Positions 1 to 8,817 of a DNA stretch of 42,269 nt are shown here, piece after piece; within the stretch, counting starts at the first letter, position 1, and each line of letters opens with the position of its first letter. The notes beneath the pieces were generated by a model. The model ran no database searches, had not been told where the DNA came from, and saw only the letters and a program-made list of their open reading frames with translations. A program made the translations under genes and the position numbers. The stretch lies in sequence record DRR378314_807. One strand, written 5' to 3'.

Positions 1-110
1 AAAGCCAAGACGGCGAGCTGTCGCTGATGAAATACACATTCTCGGATGCTCAGCCAGCTCGCTTAAGTCGCTTTCGTCGGCGTCGCCGCGCCTATAACAA
101 CGCGGCCTGA
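1..110 (+). CDS. 3' end of a gene entering from the left (partial); product uncertain
   Basis: Frame 3 is open from the window edge to TGA at 108-110 (SQDGELSLMKYTFSDAQPARLSRFRRRRRAYNNAA*) and converges on the SDR stop at 114. The fragment is too short to assign. Confidence 0.4.
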   Translation, partial: SQDGELSLMKYTFSDAQPARLSRFRRRRRAYNNAA

Positions 111-113
111 ACG

Positions 114-908
114 CTAAGTTAAGGTATCGACAATACCGCCTTCGACTCGCAACGCTGCGCCGGTAGTGGCGCTGGCCTGCGGCGATGCCACGTAAACACT
201 CATATTAGCAACCTCTTCAGGCGTTGCTAAGCGCTGAATAATGGACGACGGGCGGTTCTCCTGAACAAAGCGGGACTCTATTGTTTCCTGTGAAACGCCC
301 TCTTCCTCAGCCATGTCTTTAAGCATATTAAGCACGCCTTCTGAGCGTGTGGGTCCGGGCAGTATGGCGTTAACTGTCACTTGAGTGCCGCTAAGTACTT
401 TCGCCAACCCCCGGGAAATGGACAACAGCGCTGATTTTGTCATGCCGTAATGCACCATTTCACTAGGAATATTAATGCCCGATTCACTCGATATAAACTG
501 AATACGACCCCAGTCTCGCGCCTTCATGCCTTTCGCATAATGGCGCGAGAGTCTCACCGCACTCATCACGTTCACATCGAAAAACTGCTGCCAGGTATCA
601 TCGTCCACCTCAAAGAAGTCCTCAGGCCCAAAAATACCGACATTATTAACCAAAATATCGGTGTCTGGTTGCTGTTCAGTCAGAGTTTTGCAACCTTCGG
701 CGGTTCCAAGATCGGCTGCGACACCTTCAACGCCAGCATCAGGAGCGGCTTTTTTAATCTTGGCGATGGCTTCATCAACCCGCTGTTGAGTACGCCCGGT
801 GATCACAACATTAGCACCAGCCTTGGCGAGCCCCTCGGCAATTGCAAAGCCAATACCGGCTGTAGAGCCAGTAATAATGGCGTGTTTTCCGTTCAGATCA
901 ATGTGCAT
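114..908 (-). CDS. Classical short-chain dehydrogenase/reductase (SDR)
   Basis: Has TGSTAGIG cofactor loop, NNVG, catalytic YGMTK (YxxxK) and PG motif. AGGAG SD lies upstream. Confidence 0.93.
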   Translation of the reverse strand: MHIDLNGKHAIITGSTAGIGFAIAEGLAKAGANVVITGRTQQRVDEAIAKIKKAAPDAGVEGVAADLGTAEGCKTLTEQQPDTDILVNNVGIFGPEDFFEVDDDTWQQFFDVNVMSAVRLSRHYAKGMKARDWGRIQFISSESGINIPSEMVHYGMTKSALLSISRGLAKVLSGTQVTVNAILPGPTRSEGVLNMLKDMAEEEGVSQETIESRFVQENRPSSIIQRLATPEEVANMSVYVASPQASATTGAALRVEGGIVDTLT

Positions 909-1001
909 AAGCTGCTCCTTTTTTCTGAATACCCGTACGACACATAAAGAACTATGAACGCACGGCGTGTTAAGGAAAACATGGGACTCATTTTTTCATA
1001 T

Positions 1002-2387
1002 TCAAGGTGCAGAAGGCCGAAAAGTCGCCGCCTCTTTTTCAGCATTAGACAAAGGCTTACTCAGCTTCAGGCTGCCTTCATCCAATACCAGGTAGACCTC
1101 TGGCTTATCTACCAAATGATAAGAAGACCACTCACTATTGGCCAGGCCTTTAACCTGCTTAAAGGTCGCGTTGGTGATAAAACTGTCTGAGCCATCATGC
1201 TTGCTTACGGTTAACTTACCGTTTGCCGAAACAAGGTAGAAACCAGGTGACGCTTCAGGCTGAAACGAAACCGTATTCTTCTCACCACGTAACGACTGCA
1301 GATGCCACTGCTGGCTATAGTTTTCTTTCTCACCTGCAGCAACAACGTTGCCGCCACCCTGATAAGTCAGAAACTCCTTATTTGAAAAGGTCTGCAACTG
1401 TTTCGCATTGTAATGAATACCCGACGCCGTTGGGGTAATTTTCTGGATGCTGCCGTCCTCATTATACTCAAGATGTTCTATCGAAACCGAACGACGATAG
1501 TTCCCACCCGTTGGCAGTGCGGCGGTGTGATAAACCAAATACCACTGCTCTTTGAACTCAAGCACAGCCTGGTGGCTAGTTCCGCTATCGGGCAGCATAT
1601 CCATTATCAGCCCCTGATATTCCCACGGCCCTTCAGGTGAGTCACTTACCGCATACGCCAGCTCTTCAGGATAATTCATCGCAAATGTCAGGTAATATTT
1701 ATCCTGGTATTTATGCAGCCACGGCGCCTCAGTGAAGGTACCTGGCATGTTATTGATATCAACTTTATGAATTTCGCTGTCCAGTTCAGTCATATTGTCT
1801 TTCAGACGCGCGTAGTAGAGGTGCGTGTTCCCCCAATACAAATACGCTTGTCCGTCATCATCAATAAATACAGTTGGGTCGATGTTGTCCCACGGCTCAT
1901 CCTTCATAAATTCAGGCGATTCTGTCATGTCCGCGGTTATCAATGGCCCGCCTATTGCATCTTTCCAGCCATTAACCGGGTCATCCGACACTGCCACTCC
2001 TATCGCAAAACCTTGCTTTTCCGGAGCGGGGTCACCGTTTAGCACGGTTACATACCAATAGAACTTACCGTCTCGTTCAGTTGCCTGGGCAGCCCAGGCG
2101 GTATCGCCTTTTGCCCAGTCAAATTCCGTGCGGGGAAAAGCGCCTTCCAGCGTCCAGTCCTTCAAGTTATCTGACGAATAGATAGACCACTCGCGAAGGA
2201 CAAAAAAGTCGCCGTCTTCTTTAGCTTCGTCATGGCCTACATACATATAGACCACACCGTCATGCACTAAGGTTGCCGGGTCGGCGGTAAAGCGTTCTTT
2301 AATAATTGGGTTTCCGGCCACAGCAGAGCCAATAGCTGAAGCCGCCAGCACAAAGCTCCCCAGCATGGTCAATAATTTATTCGGCAT
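1002..2387 (-). CDS. Secreted glycoside hydrolase family 43 (xylosidase/arabinofuranosidase-like) with C-terminal AbfB/CBM42-like beta-trefoil
   Basis: N-terminal signal peptide. GH43 catalytic motifs ADP, IDPT and FTEAPW are present, plus WAAQ and YWG. C-terminal repeats SFQPEASPGFYL...NATF...GLA...AATF resemble CBM42. Confidence 0.88.
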   Translation of the reverse strand: MPNKLLTMLGSFVLAASAIGSAVAGNPIIKERFTADPATLVHDGVVYMYVGHDEAKEDGDFFVLREWSIYSSDNLKDWTLEGAFPRTEFDWAKGDTAWAAQATERDGKFYWYVTVLNGDPAPEKQGFAIGVAVSDDPVNGWKDAIGGPLITADMTESPEFMKDEPWDNIDPTVFIDDDGQAYLYWGNTHLYYARLKDNMTELDSEIHKVDINNMPGTFTEAPWLHKYQDKYYLTFAMNYPEELAYAVSDSPEGPWEYQGLIMDMLPDSGTSHQAVLEFKEQWYLVYHTAALPTGGNYRRSVSIEHLEYNEDGSIQKITPTASGIHYNAKQLQTFSNKEFLTYQGGGNVVAAGEKENYSQQWHLQSLRGEKNTVSFQPEASPGFYLVSANGKLTVSKHDGSDSFITNATFKQVKGLANSEWSSYHLVDKPEVYLVLDEGSLKLSKPLSNAEKEAATFRPSAP

Positions 2388-2564
2388 ATAAATGGTTCCT
2401 GGTTTGAGGTATCCGGGAAATAGTTTTAGAGACTACCCCGAACCTAATTCGCACAAAGTTAATTTGTATTACTATAAGACATTAGCTTATTTAACTACAA
2501 ACCCTAAACTTTGTTTGTAAGCTGACTTTGCGTATCATTGAGACAAACGACACAGGAGCAACGC

Positions 2565-3020
2565 ATGGCAGACAATAACAGTAATAAAGCGCTCAGGCTG
2601 GATAACCAGCTTTGCTTTGCGTTGTACTCAACCTCACTAGCAATGAATAAGCTCTACAAGCCTCTGCTCTCGAAGCTTGATTTGACCTATCCGCAATACC
2701 TTATTTTATTGCTTTTATGGGAGCGCGATGGCGTGACTATTACGGAAATAAGCCGCAAGTTGTTTCAGGAAAAAGGCGCGTTAAGCCCGGTTATTAAGCG
2801 GCTGGAGCAGCGCGGGCTAATAACCCGAAAGCGCAATATCGACGATGAGCGACAACTGCATTTATACCTCACCGAACAAGGTCGGCAACTGGAACAGTCT
2901 GCCTCCGATGTTCCGGAGCAGGTTTTCTGTGCCACTCAACTTGAGCCTAATGAGGCCCTTGCCTTAAAACACACCCTTGAATCACTGCGGGCGCAGTTAC
3001 AAGACAAGCCCGACCACTAG
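2565..3020 (+). CDS. ohrR: MarR-family organic hydroperoxide sensor OhrR
   Basis: LDNQLCFALY with the sensing Cys, LTYPQYL and DER wing motif. Lies directly upstream of ohr. Start moved to ATG 2565, which follows AGGAG. Confidence 0.92.
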   Translation: MADNNSNKALRLDNQLCFALYSTSLAMNKLYKPLLSKLDLTYPQYLILLLLWERDGVTITEISRKLFQEKGALSPVIKRLEQRGLITRKRNIDDERQLHLYLTEQGRQLEQSASDVPEQVFCATQLEPNEALALKHTLESLRAQLQDKPDH

Positions 3021-3068
3021 CCAAGTCCGATGTATCGAAAATATCGATAACTTCGTTCGGAAAATACT

Positions 3069-3082
3069 GTTATCGCGATAAC
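3069..3082. promoter_or_regulatory. Perfect 14-bp palindrome upstream of ohr; candidate OhrR operator
   Basis: GTTATCGCGATAAC is self-complementary and lies about 60 nt upstream of the ohr start. Assignment to OhrR is inferred from position. Confidence 0.4.
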
Positions 3083-3143
3083 TATTATTGCACTAACATT
3101 ATGCGTGTTAGTTCCCAACACACCAAATAGTGAGGTAATCGTT

Positions 3144-3563
3144 ATGGATATTCTGTACAAAGCTGTAGCAACATCAACCGGCGGACGCGATGGTCAGTCA
3201 GAGTCTGACGACGGCCAACTGAAAGTAAAACTGACAACACCTAAAGAACTCGGTGGCGCAGGTGGCGACGGTACCAATCCTGAGCAATTATTTGCGGCGG
3301 GTTATTCAGCCTGTTTTATCGGCGCACTGAAGTTCGCTGCGGGTCAGGAAAAAGTTAAACTGCCCAAAGATACTGAAGTTAAAGCCGAAATAGGTATTGG
3401 TCAGATTGAAGGCGGGTTTGGTATTGATGCCACGCTGAACATTCATTTACCGGGCATGAGCCAGGACGAAGCGGAATCTATTGCTGAAAAAGCACACCAG
3501 GTTTGTCCGTATTCAAACGCGACGCGTAATAACATCGACGTACGCCTGAACGTCACGGTGTAG
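3144..3563 (+). CDS. ohr: Organic hydroperoxide resistance protein Ohr
   Basis: GGRDG, GTNPEQLFAAGYSACF and VCPYSNATR motifs, with both catalytic Cys. Start ATG 3144 follows GAGG. Confidence 0.96.
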   Translation: MDILYKAVATSTGGRDGQSESDDGQLKVKLTTPKELGGAGGDGTNPEQLFAAGYSACFIGALKFAAGQEKVKLPKDTEVKAEIGIGQIEGGFGIDATLNIHLPGMSQDEAESIAEKAHQVCPYSNATRNNIDVRLNVTV

Positions 3564-3594
3564 CTGCGACTAACACCCGTGGTATTCAGAGTTT

Positions 3595-3621
3595 CAGCCG
3601 ATCAGCTTAACTGATCGGCTG
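3595..3621. terminator. Hairpin between convergent ohr and phoX
   Basis: CAGCCGATCAG-cttaa-CTGATCGGCTG forms a perfect 11-bp stem. U-tracts are weak. Confidence 0.7.
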
Positions 3622-3627
3622 GCTATT

Positions 3628-5625
3628 TCAGGCTCCAACGACTCCGCCGTCTTCACGAGTAATAATAACCGTTGCTGAACGCGGACGCGCACCGTTACCG
3701 GCAGGCCAGCTACTACTAAACTTACCGGGCGCCAGTCGATCACCAGGGTGCTGAACATTCACGAACATGGTTTTCCCGTCGGGCGTTGTAACCACCCCGG
3801 TAATTTCGCAATCCACAGGCCCCACCAAAAAGCGCTTCAACTCGCCAGACTCAGGGTTCGCAGCGTACATACCATTGTTACCAAAACTGCCCTCACTTAA
3901 CAGCTCACCACTCATGTCCGTTTGGATCCAGAGCGTACCTCTATGATCAAACCACAAACCATCCGGGCAGGCGAACTGATTATCGGCCGTTAGAGTCAGG
4001 TCATCCCCTTCGGCATTTGGAGTGCGGGTACCCGCTTCTCCGCCCATTAAGAAAATGTCCCAGTGAAAGGATTCAGCGCTTTGCTGGTTGTCTTCGCTCC
4101 AGCGCACAATATGACCGTAAGCGTTCTCTGCACGCGGGTTCATGGCATTTGTCTGCACTTCGGTGCGGCGAGTGTTATTGGTTAAACTGAAGTAGACTTC
4201 TTTGGTCGTTGGGTGCACAGCGCCCCATTCCGGACGGTCCATTTTCGTCGCACCCATAACGTCGGCCGCAAGCCGGGTATTTAACAGCACATCGGCCTGA
4301 GAACGGAACTCAACAACCGCTTCACTGGCCTTTGCCTGAAACTCTGAGTTTTCAATATCTAACGGCAGCCAGCGACCCGTTCCGTCATCATTAAAATGCG
4401 CAACATAGAGCGTACCTTCATTCAGCAGCTCGCCTGAGGCAGTCGCTTTGTAATAAGGCTTCGCCGAAACAAACTTATAAATATACTCAAAGCGCGAATC
4501 ATCGCCGGAATAAGCCACCAACGGCTCACCTTCCACTGCCGGAGCAAACACAATACCTTCATGAGCAAAGCGACCCAGCGCGCTTCGTTTAACCGGTGTG
4601 CTTTTAGCACTGAAAGGGTCTATTTCAACAATCCAGCCAAAGTGGTTCGGTTCATTCCGGTAATCATCCTCGGCTGCAGCACCGGTAGAAGAGGCATTAA
4701 AGCGCGCGGTTTCATCAAGACCCGGCGTTGCCGTTTCCCAGTAATAACGGCTGTTCTCGCGGTTCACACCGTACCGTTCATGCTCACGAGGATGAGTATC
4801 GTCATCGTTCATGAAACAGCCCGCCCAGTTTTCTTCGCAGGTTAAATAAGTGCCCCAGGGCGTATGGCCATGCGAACAGTTATTAATGGTTCCGCGAGTC
4901 TTGGTGCCGTCAGGGCTAAAGCGGGTTATCAACTTGTCATGACCGGCAACGGGCCCGCTCATTTGCATTGGGGTACTTGCGGTAATTCGACGGTTGTAGG
5001 GACTGCCCTCAATCAGCTGCCATTCTCTATCCGGTTTACGAATAATATGAGCTACCGATACACCGTGCGCCATCATCTCTTTCAGCACTTCCTGCTGCGG
5101 GCGTGGTGCGTTAGGGGAAAAACTGGCGTGCAGAATTTGTGGATCAACGTATTCATGGTTCATCACCAGCAGCCCTTCTTTCGAGGAGACGCCACCTTCT
5201 TTCACGTCTATGGGAAAGAAATGCATACCGTCGTGATGTGAACCGACTTGCCGCGCCTGATCTAACGCCGAATTGCTGGCGTCAGTTTTGAACTCGCCGG
5301 CACCTGGCACAAGTGGCGTACCCCAGGGCAGAAAAGGCTGAGCACGATAACCAACGGGTACGTCAACAACATCGGTTCGGTTACCGGCAATGGCCTGAAA
5401 ACCAAGCCCCGCGGATGAACTGGCAGAGCCTTTAGGGGACGTACAACCCGCCATTAAAGGCGACAACATAAAGGAACTGACAGCAACGCCAAAGCCTCCT
5501 TTTAGGAAAGAGCGACGGCTTAACTGACGGTTCACCACATCGTAAAAGTCATCACCTTTTGACTTATTACAAATTGGATCAACACCTGAAATATCAATCT
5601 TCAGCTTTTTCTCTTTCGTGGTCAT
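3628..5625 (-). CDS. phoX: PhoX-family alkaline phosphatase (Tat-exported, probable lipoprotein)
   Basis: SRRSFLK twin-arginine motif and MAGC lipobox. Conserved HHDGMHFF, NHEY, TPWGTYLTCEEN, GRFAHE, MDRPEW, CPDGL, CEITG and NVQHPG. Start taken at ATG 5625. Confidence 0.94.
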   Translation of the reverse strand: MTTKEKKLKIDISGVDPICNKSKGDDFYDVVNRQLSRRSFLKGGFGVAVSSFMLSPLMAGCTSPKGSASSSAGLGFQAIAGNRTDVVDVPVGYRAQPFLPWGTPLVPGAGEFKTDASNSALDQARQVGSHHDGMHFFPIDVKEGGVSSKEGLLVMNHEYVDPQILHASFSPNAPRPQQEVLKEMMAHGVSVAHIIRKPDREWQLIEGSPYNRRITASTPMQMSGPVAGHDKLITRFSPDGTKTRGTINNCSHGHTPWGTYLTCEENWAGCFMNDDDTHPREHERYGVNRENSRYYWETATPGLDETARFNASSTGAAAEDDYRNEPNHFGWIVEIDPFSAKSTPVKRSALGRFAHEGIVFAPAVEGEPLVAYSGDDSRFEYIYKFVSAKPYYKATASGELLNEGTLYVAHFNDDGTGRWLPLDIENSEFQAKASEAVVEFRSQADVLLNTRLAADVMGATKMDRPEWGAVHPTTKEVYFSLTNNTRRTEVQTNAMNPRAENAYGHIVRWSEDNQQSAESFHWDIFLMGGEAGTRTPNAEGDDLTLTADNQFACPDGLWFDHRGTLWIQTDMSGELLSEGSFGNNGMYAANPESGELKRFLVGPVDCEITGVVTTPDGKTMFVNVQHPGDRLAPGKFSSSWPAGNGARPRSATVIITREDGGVVGA

Positions 5626-5688
5626 GCCGTCTTCCCCGTTCTGAAACCTCTGGCTTAACAAGCTCAGCGTTATATTTTCGAACAGGCG

Positions 5689-5722
5689 ATAGTACTGATT
5701 TTAAATGACAGTTTGATTACGT
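5689..5722 (-). promoter_or_regulatory. Pho box plus -10 element of phoX
   Basis: The minus strand reads ACGTAAT-caaa-CTGTCAT (5722-5705, 11-bp period), then exactly 10 nt, then TACTAT (5694-5689). This is the canonical PhoB promoter geometry. Confidence 0.8.
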
Positions 5723-5751
5723 AGGCGATCTGCTTTAATAACGTCTATTTC

Positions 5752-6600
5752 CTACATTTTTTTAATATCGGCGCCCTGCTTTTCAAGCTGCTCAAGCACG
5801 CCTTGCTGACCACCAAGGTGCCCCGCCCCAACGGCCACGAATACGGTATCAGACTCATTTACCTTAGCGAGTTTTGTTATCCATTCATTGTTACGTTTCG
5901 TGATCAGCTCGTCTAACGCCTTCGGAGGTAGGTTCTGGTTTAAGTAGTGGGTGAGTTTATCAAGATCACCCTCGAGCCAGGTCTTCTGGATATCGGCAAA
6001 AACCTCTTCAATTTTTTCCACTTCCGCAAGCGTCTGCTCCAGCAATTCCCCCTCACCAGATTCACTTTGAGCCGCGCGTAAAGCATCAATTTGCCGCTCG
6101 ACGGTTTCGAGCCCTTTAACCGGTATATCCGAATTTTTGGCTAATTCAAACAGTTTTCCTTCAGAGCCACCTTCGGCGGTGTAACCGGATTGCGCAATGG
6201 CTTGCGAAACAATGACAATTTGTGCAAACCAGGCATTGAGCTGTTCTAGCACACTGGCGTTCATCCCATACTTTTCAGCCAGTGTAGTGAGCTGCTGCCA
6301 GGTTTCACTGTCAACCGTGTCAGATAACTTACCGTCGGAGCGGCGGGCATGCTGCATAAATAAGGATTGAGCACTTCCTAACTTTTCAGGATGCACTTCA
6401 AACCATACCGTTTCGCTGTTTTTAAGCGCACTCTTTGCCGTTTCAGACAGGATTATGGCGTCTTTTTTTGCCGCATGCAGCGTGCCGTATACCCAAATGG
6501 TCTGGTCTTCTTTTGTAACCTTGTAGAGAATTTCGGCCTGCGCGTTGGCACTCAATAAGCACAACACTAAGCCGGCAATTAAGGTTTTCAACTTCAACAT
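5752..6600 (-). CDS. TraB/GumN (Tiki-like) family secreted protein
   Basis: Signal peptide ending AQA. Motifs YGTLH, FEV, GLET, RNxxW and VAVGAGHL. Confidence 0.88.
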   Translation of the reverse strand: MLKLKTLIAGLVLCLLSANAQAEILYKVTKEDQTIWVYGTLHAAKKDAIILSETAKSALKNSETVWFEVHPEKLGSAQSLFMQHARRSDGKLSDTVDSETWQQLTTLAEKYGMNASVLEQLNAWFAQIVIVSQAIAQSGYTAEGGSEGKLFELAKNSDIPVKGLETVERQIDALRAAQSESGEGELLEQTLAEVEKIEEVFADIQKTWLEGDLDKLTHYLNQNLPPKALDELITKRNNEWITKLAKVNESDTVFVAVGAGHLGGQQGVLEQLEKQGADIKKM

Positions 6601-6832
6601 GGTTATATCCGATCTATTTTTGTAGCAGTAGTCTCATATTTGCCAGTATACGACAACTCTATAGCGCTCATCAGCCGGCTAACGAGTAAAACCCACCGCC
6701 AGCCTGTGTTTTTACAAAGCCTTAACTTAAAATTGTGCGCTTTAACCGGTACTCTTGGAACACAAGCTTAAAACCAGCCGAATTTCCAGCGCCAGCTGGT
6801 ACAGGTATAAGGAAAGCAGATTAGGTACTGTT

Positions 6833-8761
6833 ATGAATAAAAAAGGAATTTTTTTGCTTATTGGTGTGCTTTCAGCGGGCGCTATTACGCTGGGCTGCAA
6901 TAGTAACGACAGTTATTCAGCAAGAGAGGTACTGAGTGTGGAGCAAAAAGAGGCGGCTTTAGCTGAATTACAGCAAAAGAGAAAAGAGCGTAAGGAAAAG
7001 ATCCAAACCATTGAGGATAAAGCTCTGTTTGAAGCTCTGGAAGGTGAGGAATTTATAGCCCACCGGAACATTTACAGAACGATAAAATTCGATGAAAAAC
7101 CTGCGCAGTACTTTTATGTCGAGCCTTTCAAGGCTTCTTATATTGGCCCTTTAGGTCGCCCCTACACCGCTGACCGCTTTAAACGACTAACAGACTACGA
7201 GAGCCCGCAAAAGCTTCTGGATATTTACCGTAAAAACTTTGTGGCTTTCACCGCTTCACGCGAAGGTCAGTGGTTTCAGGTCCGTGAACCTTTTGCTTTT
7301 CCCTTTAGAAGTCAGCTGCAGTTTACCCAGGTAGTTATGGATAACGGAGACGTTAAAGCCCTACCAGACCTATTAGACTGGGTTGCCCAAACCGATGAAA
7401 TTCGTTACGACCCGGAACGCTTTTATTTCAAAGAGCCGCGTACCGAAGACGACCCACAACCCGTTAAACTGCTCGGCGACGTAGAGGCTGAGTTACCAAA
7501 AGATGTGCTTCAGTTTGAGTTTAAAGCAAACGATGTCGGCAAAACTCTAGAGCAGCGCGGATACTCAGTCACTCTGGTTAAGGCCGGTGATTTTAACTAC
7601 GACATAAAAATTGAAGTACCGGATGACCAGGCAATGCCGCTGCGGGACGAAGACATTATCGGCGAAGCCCTCTCTCCGACAGAGCGCGAACTTCAACTAC
7701 GAATGGATACGACACTGCGGTCTGATTATCACGAACGAATGGGTGAATGGCTTGACGAAATTATAGAACGGGCCTTGCGAGGCGAAGTTGATGCAGAAAC
7801 CGTGCGCACCGAGGGCAATAACTTACATGATAAACTTTCCGTAGGCGAAGGCCCCGTTCTGCATAAAGCCTTTTCCTTCATGGGGCCTGTGGCTACCGCA
7901 CGAGTGACTTTGCTGCCCCGCAAGAAAACCCGCGATAAAGTAACCCACAAAATTGAAATTCCAATTCATTTCCTTGGTCAGCAAGGAAACAGTGATGAAA
8001 TTGATTTGAGCACTTTGCCTGATATCGACCTGACAGGCCCGGTGTACGATGAAAGGCCAAAACGACGAGTCGATTTAACCGAAGAAGAAATGAAGCAGCT
8101 TATTGATATTCGCTATGAAAAAAGTCGTCACCTTCCGGAATATCAACACACAGAACGGATCTATCTGAAATACCCGCCGGTACAAAGCCAGCTTTTTATC
8201 AGCAGTTCAGAGCGCTACCATTTCAATTTAGAGCCAAAATTTAAGCGAGTGATACTGACCGAAATGGTGAAGTTTTTTGATGACGCAGACGAAACCATTG
8301 AGCTAACACGCGATAAAGATGAGGTATTCAGTTTCACCACATATGGCTTTGCGTATACCCCTGAGTATATGCCGGAGTCGCCCGCCCGTATTGAAGCCCG
8401 CATTCCGCTATTAACGGCACCGGATATTGTCAAAAAAAGCTACAGTGCCGACAATTTACCCGAAGGTATGCGCTTAGACGACAACCGACTTGTCGTTGAC
8501 TACAGCGTGTTTACTCCCGAAGAAACCCTGGACGGTACGTGGTTGAACACAAAACTTCGCAACCGAATTTTCGCGAGGAACGCAGAGCAAAAATACTTAC
8601 AGCCCTTTGAAAACGTTATTCTACTTGAGCGCGAAGATGGCGAACCGGTGCATGTGTTCTATTATTACGGGCAGCCTGAAAGTATTGAGCTCTGGTATCG
8701 CGGCAAAACGAAAGTCGTCGACTTCAAACTGGATGTCGAGACGCGGGAGCAGAAAGGTTAG
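6833..8761 (+). CDS. Large hypothetical lipoprotein (about 642 aa)
   Basis: Long ORF. MNKKGIFLLIGVLSAGAITLGC is a lipoprotein signal with lipobox. It has its own terminator and matches no family I recognise. Confidence 0.8.
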   Translation: MNKKGIFLLIGVLSAGAITLGCNSNDSYSAREVLSVEQKEAALAELQQKRKERKEKIQTIEDKALFEALEGEEFIAHRNIYRTIKFDEKPAQYFYVEPFKASYIGPLGRPYTADRFKRLTDYESPQKLLDIYRKNFVAFTASREGQWFQVREPFAFPFRSQLQFTQVVMDNGDVKALPDLLDWVAQTDEIRYDPERFYFKEPRTEDDPQPVKLLGDVEAELPKDVLQFEFKANDVGKTLEQRGYSVTLVKAGDFNYDIKIEVPDDQAMPLRDEDIIGEALSPTERELQLRMDTTLRSDYHERMGEWLDEIIERALRGEVDAETVRTEGNNLHDKLSVGEGPVLHKAFSFMGPVATARVTLLPRKKTRDKVTHKIEIPIHFLGQQGNSDEIDLSTLPDIDLTGPVYDERPKRRVDLTEEEMKQLIDIRYEKSRHLPEYQHTERIYLKYPPVQSQLFISSSERYHFNLEPKFKRVILTEMVKFFDDADETIELTRDKDEVFSFTTYGFAYTPEYMPESPARIEARIPLLTAPDIVKKSYSADNLPEGMRLDDNRLVVDYSVFTPEETLDGTWLNTKLRNRIFARNAEQKYLQPFENVILLEREDGEPVHVFYYYGQPESIELWYRGKTKVVDFKLDVETREQKG

Positions 8762-8791
8762 TTCATATGAGAATAACCGGTGCGGCTTATG

Positions 8792-8815
8792 CCGGGCGAA
8801 CTCCGCCCGGTTTTT
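8792..8815 (+). terminator. Rho-independent terminator after the lipoprotein gene
   Basis: CCGGGCG-aactc-CGCCCGG followed by TTTTT. Confidence 0.8.
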
Positions 8816-8817
8816 CC

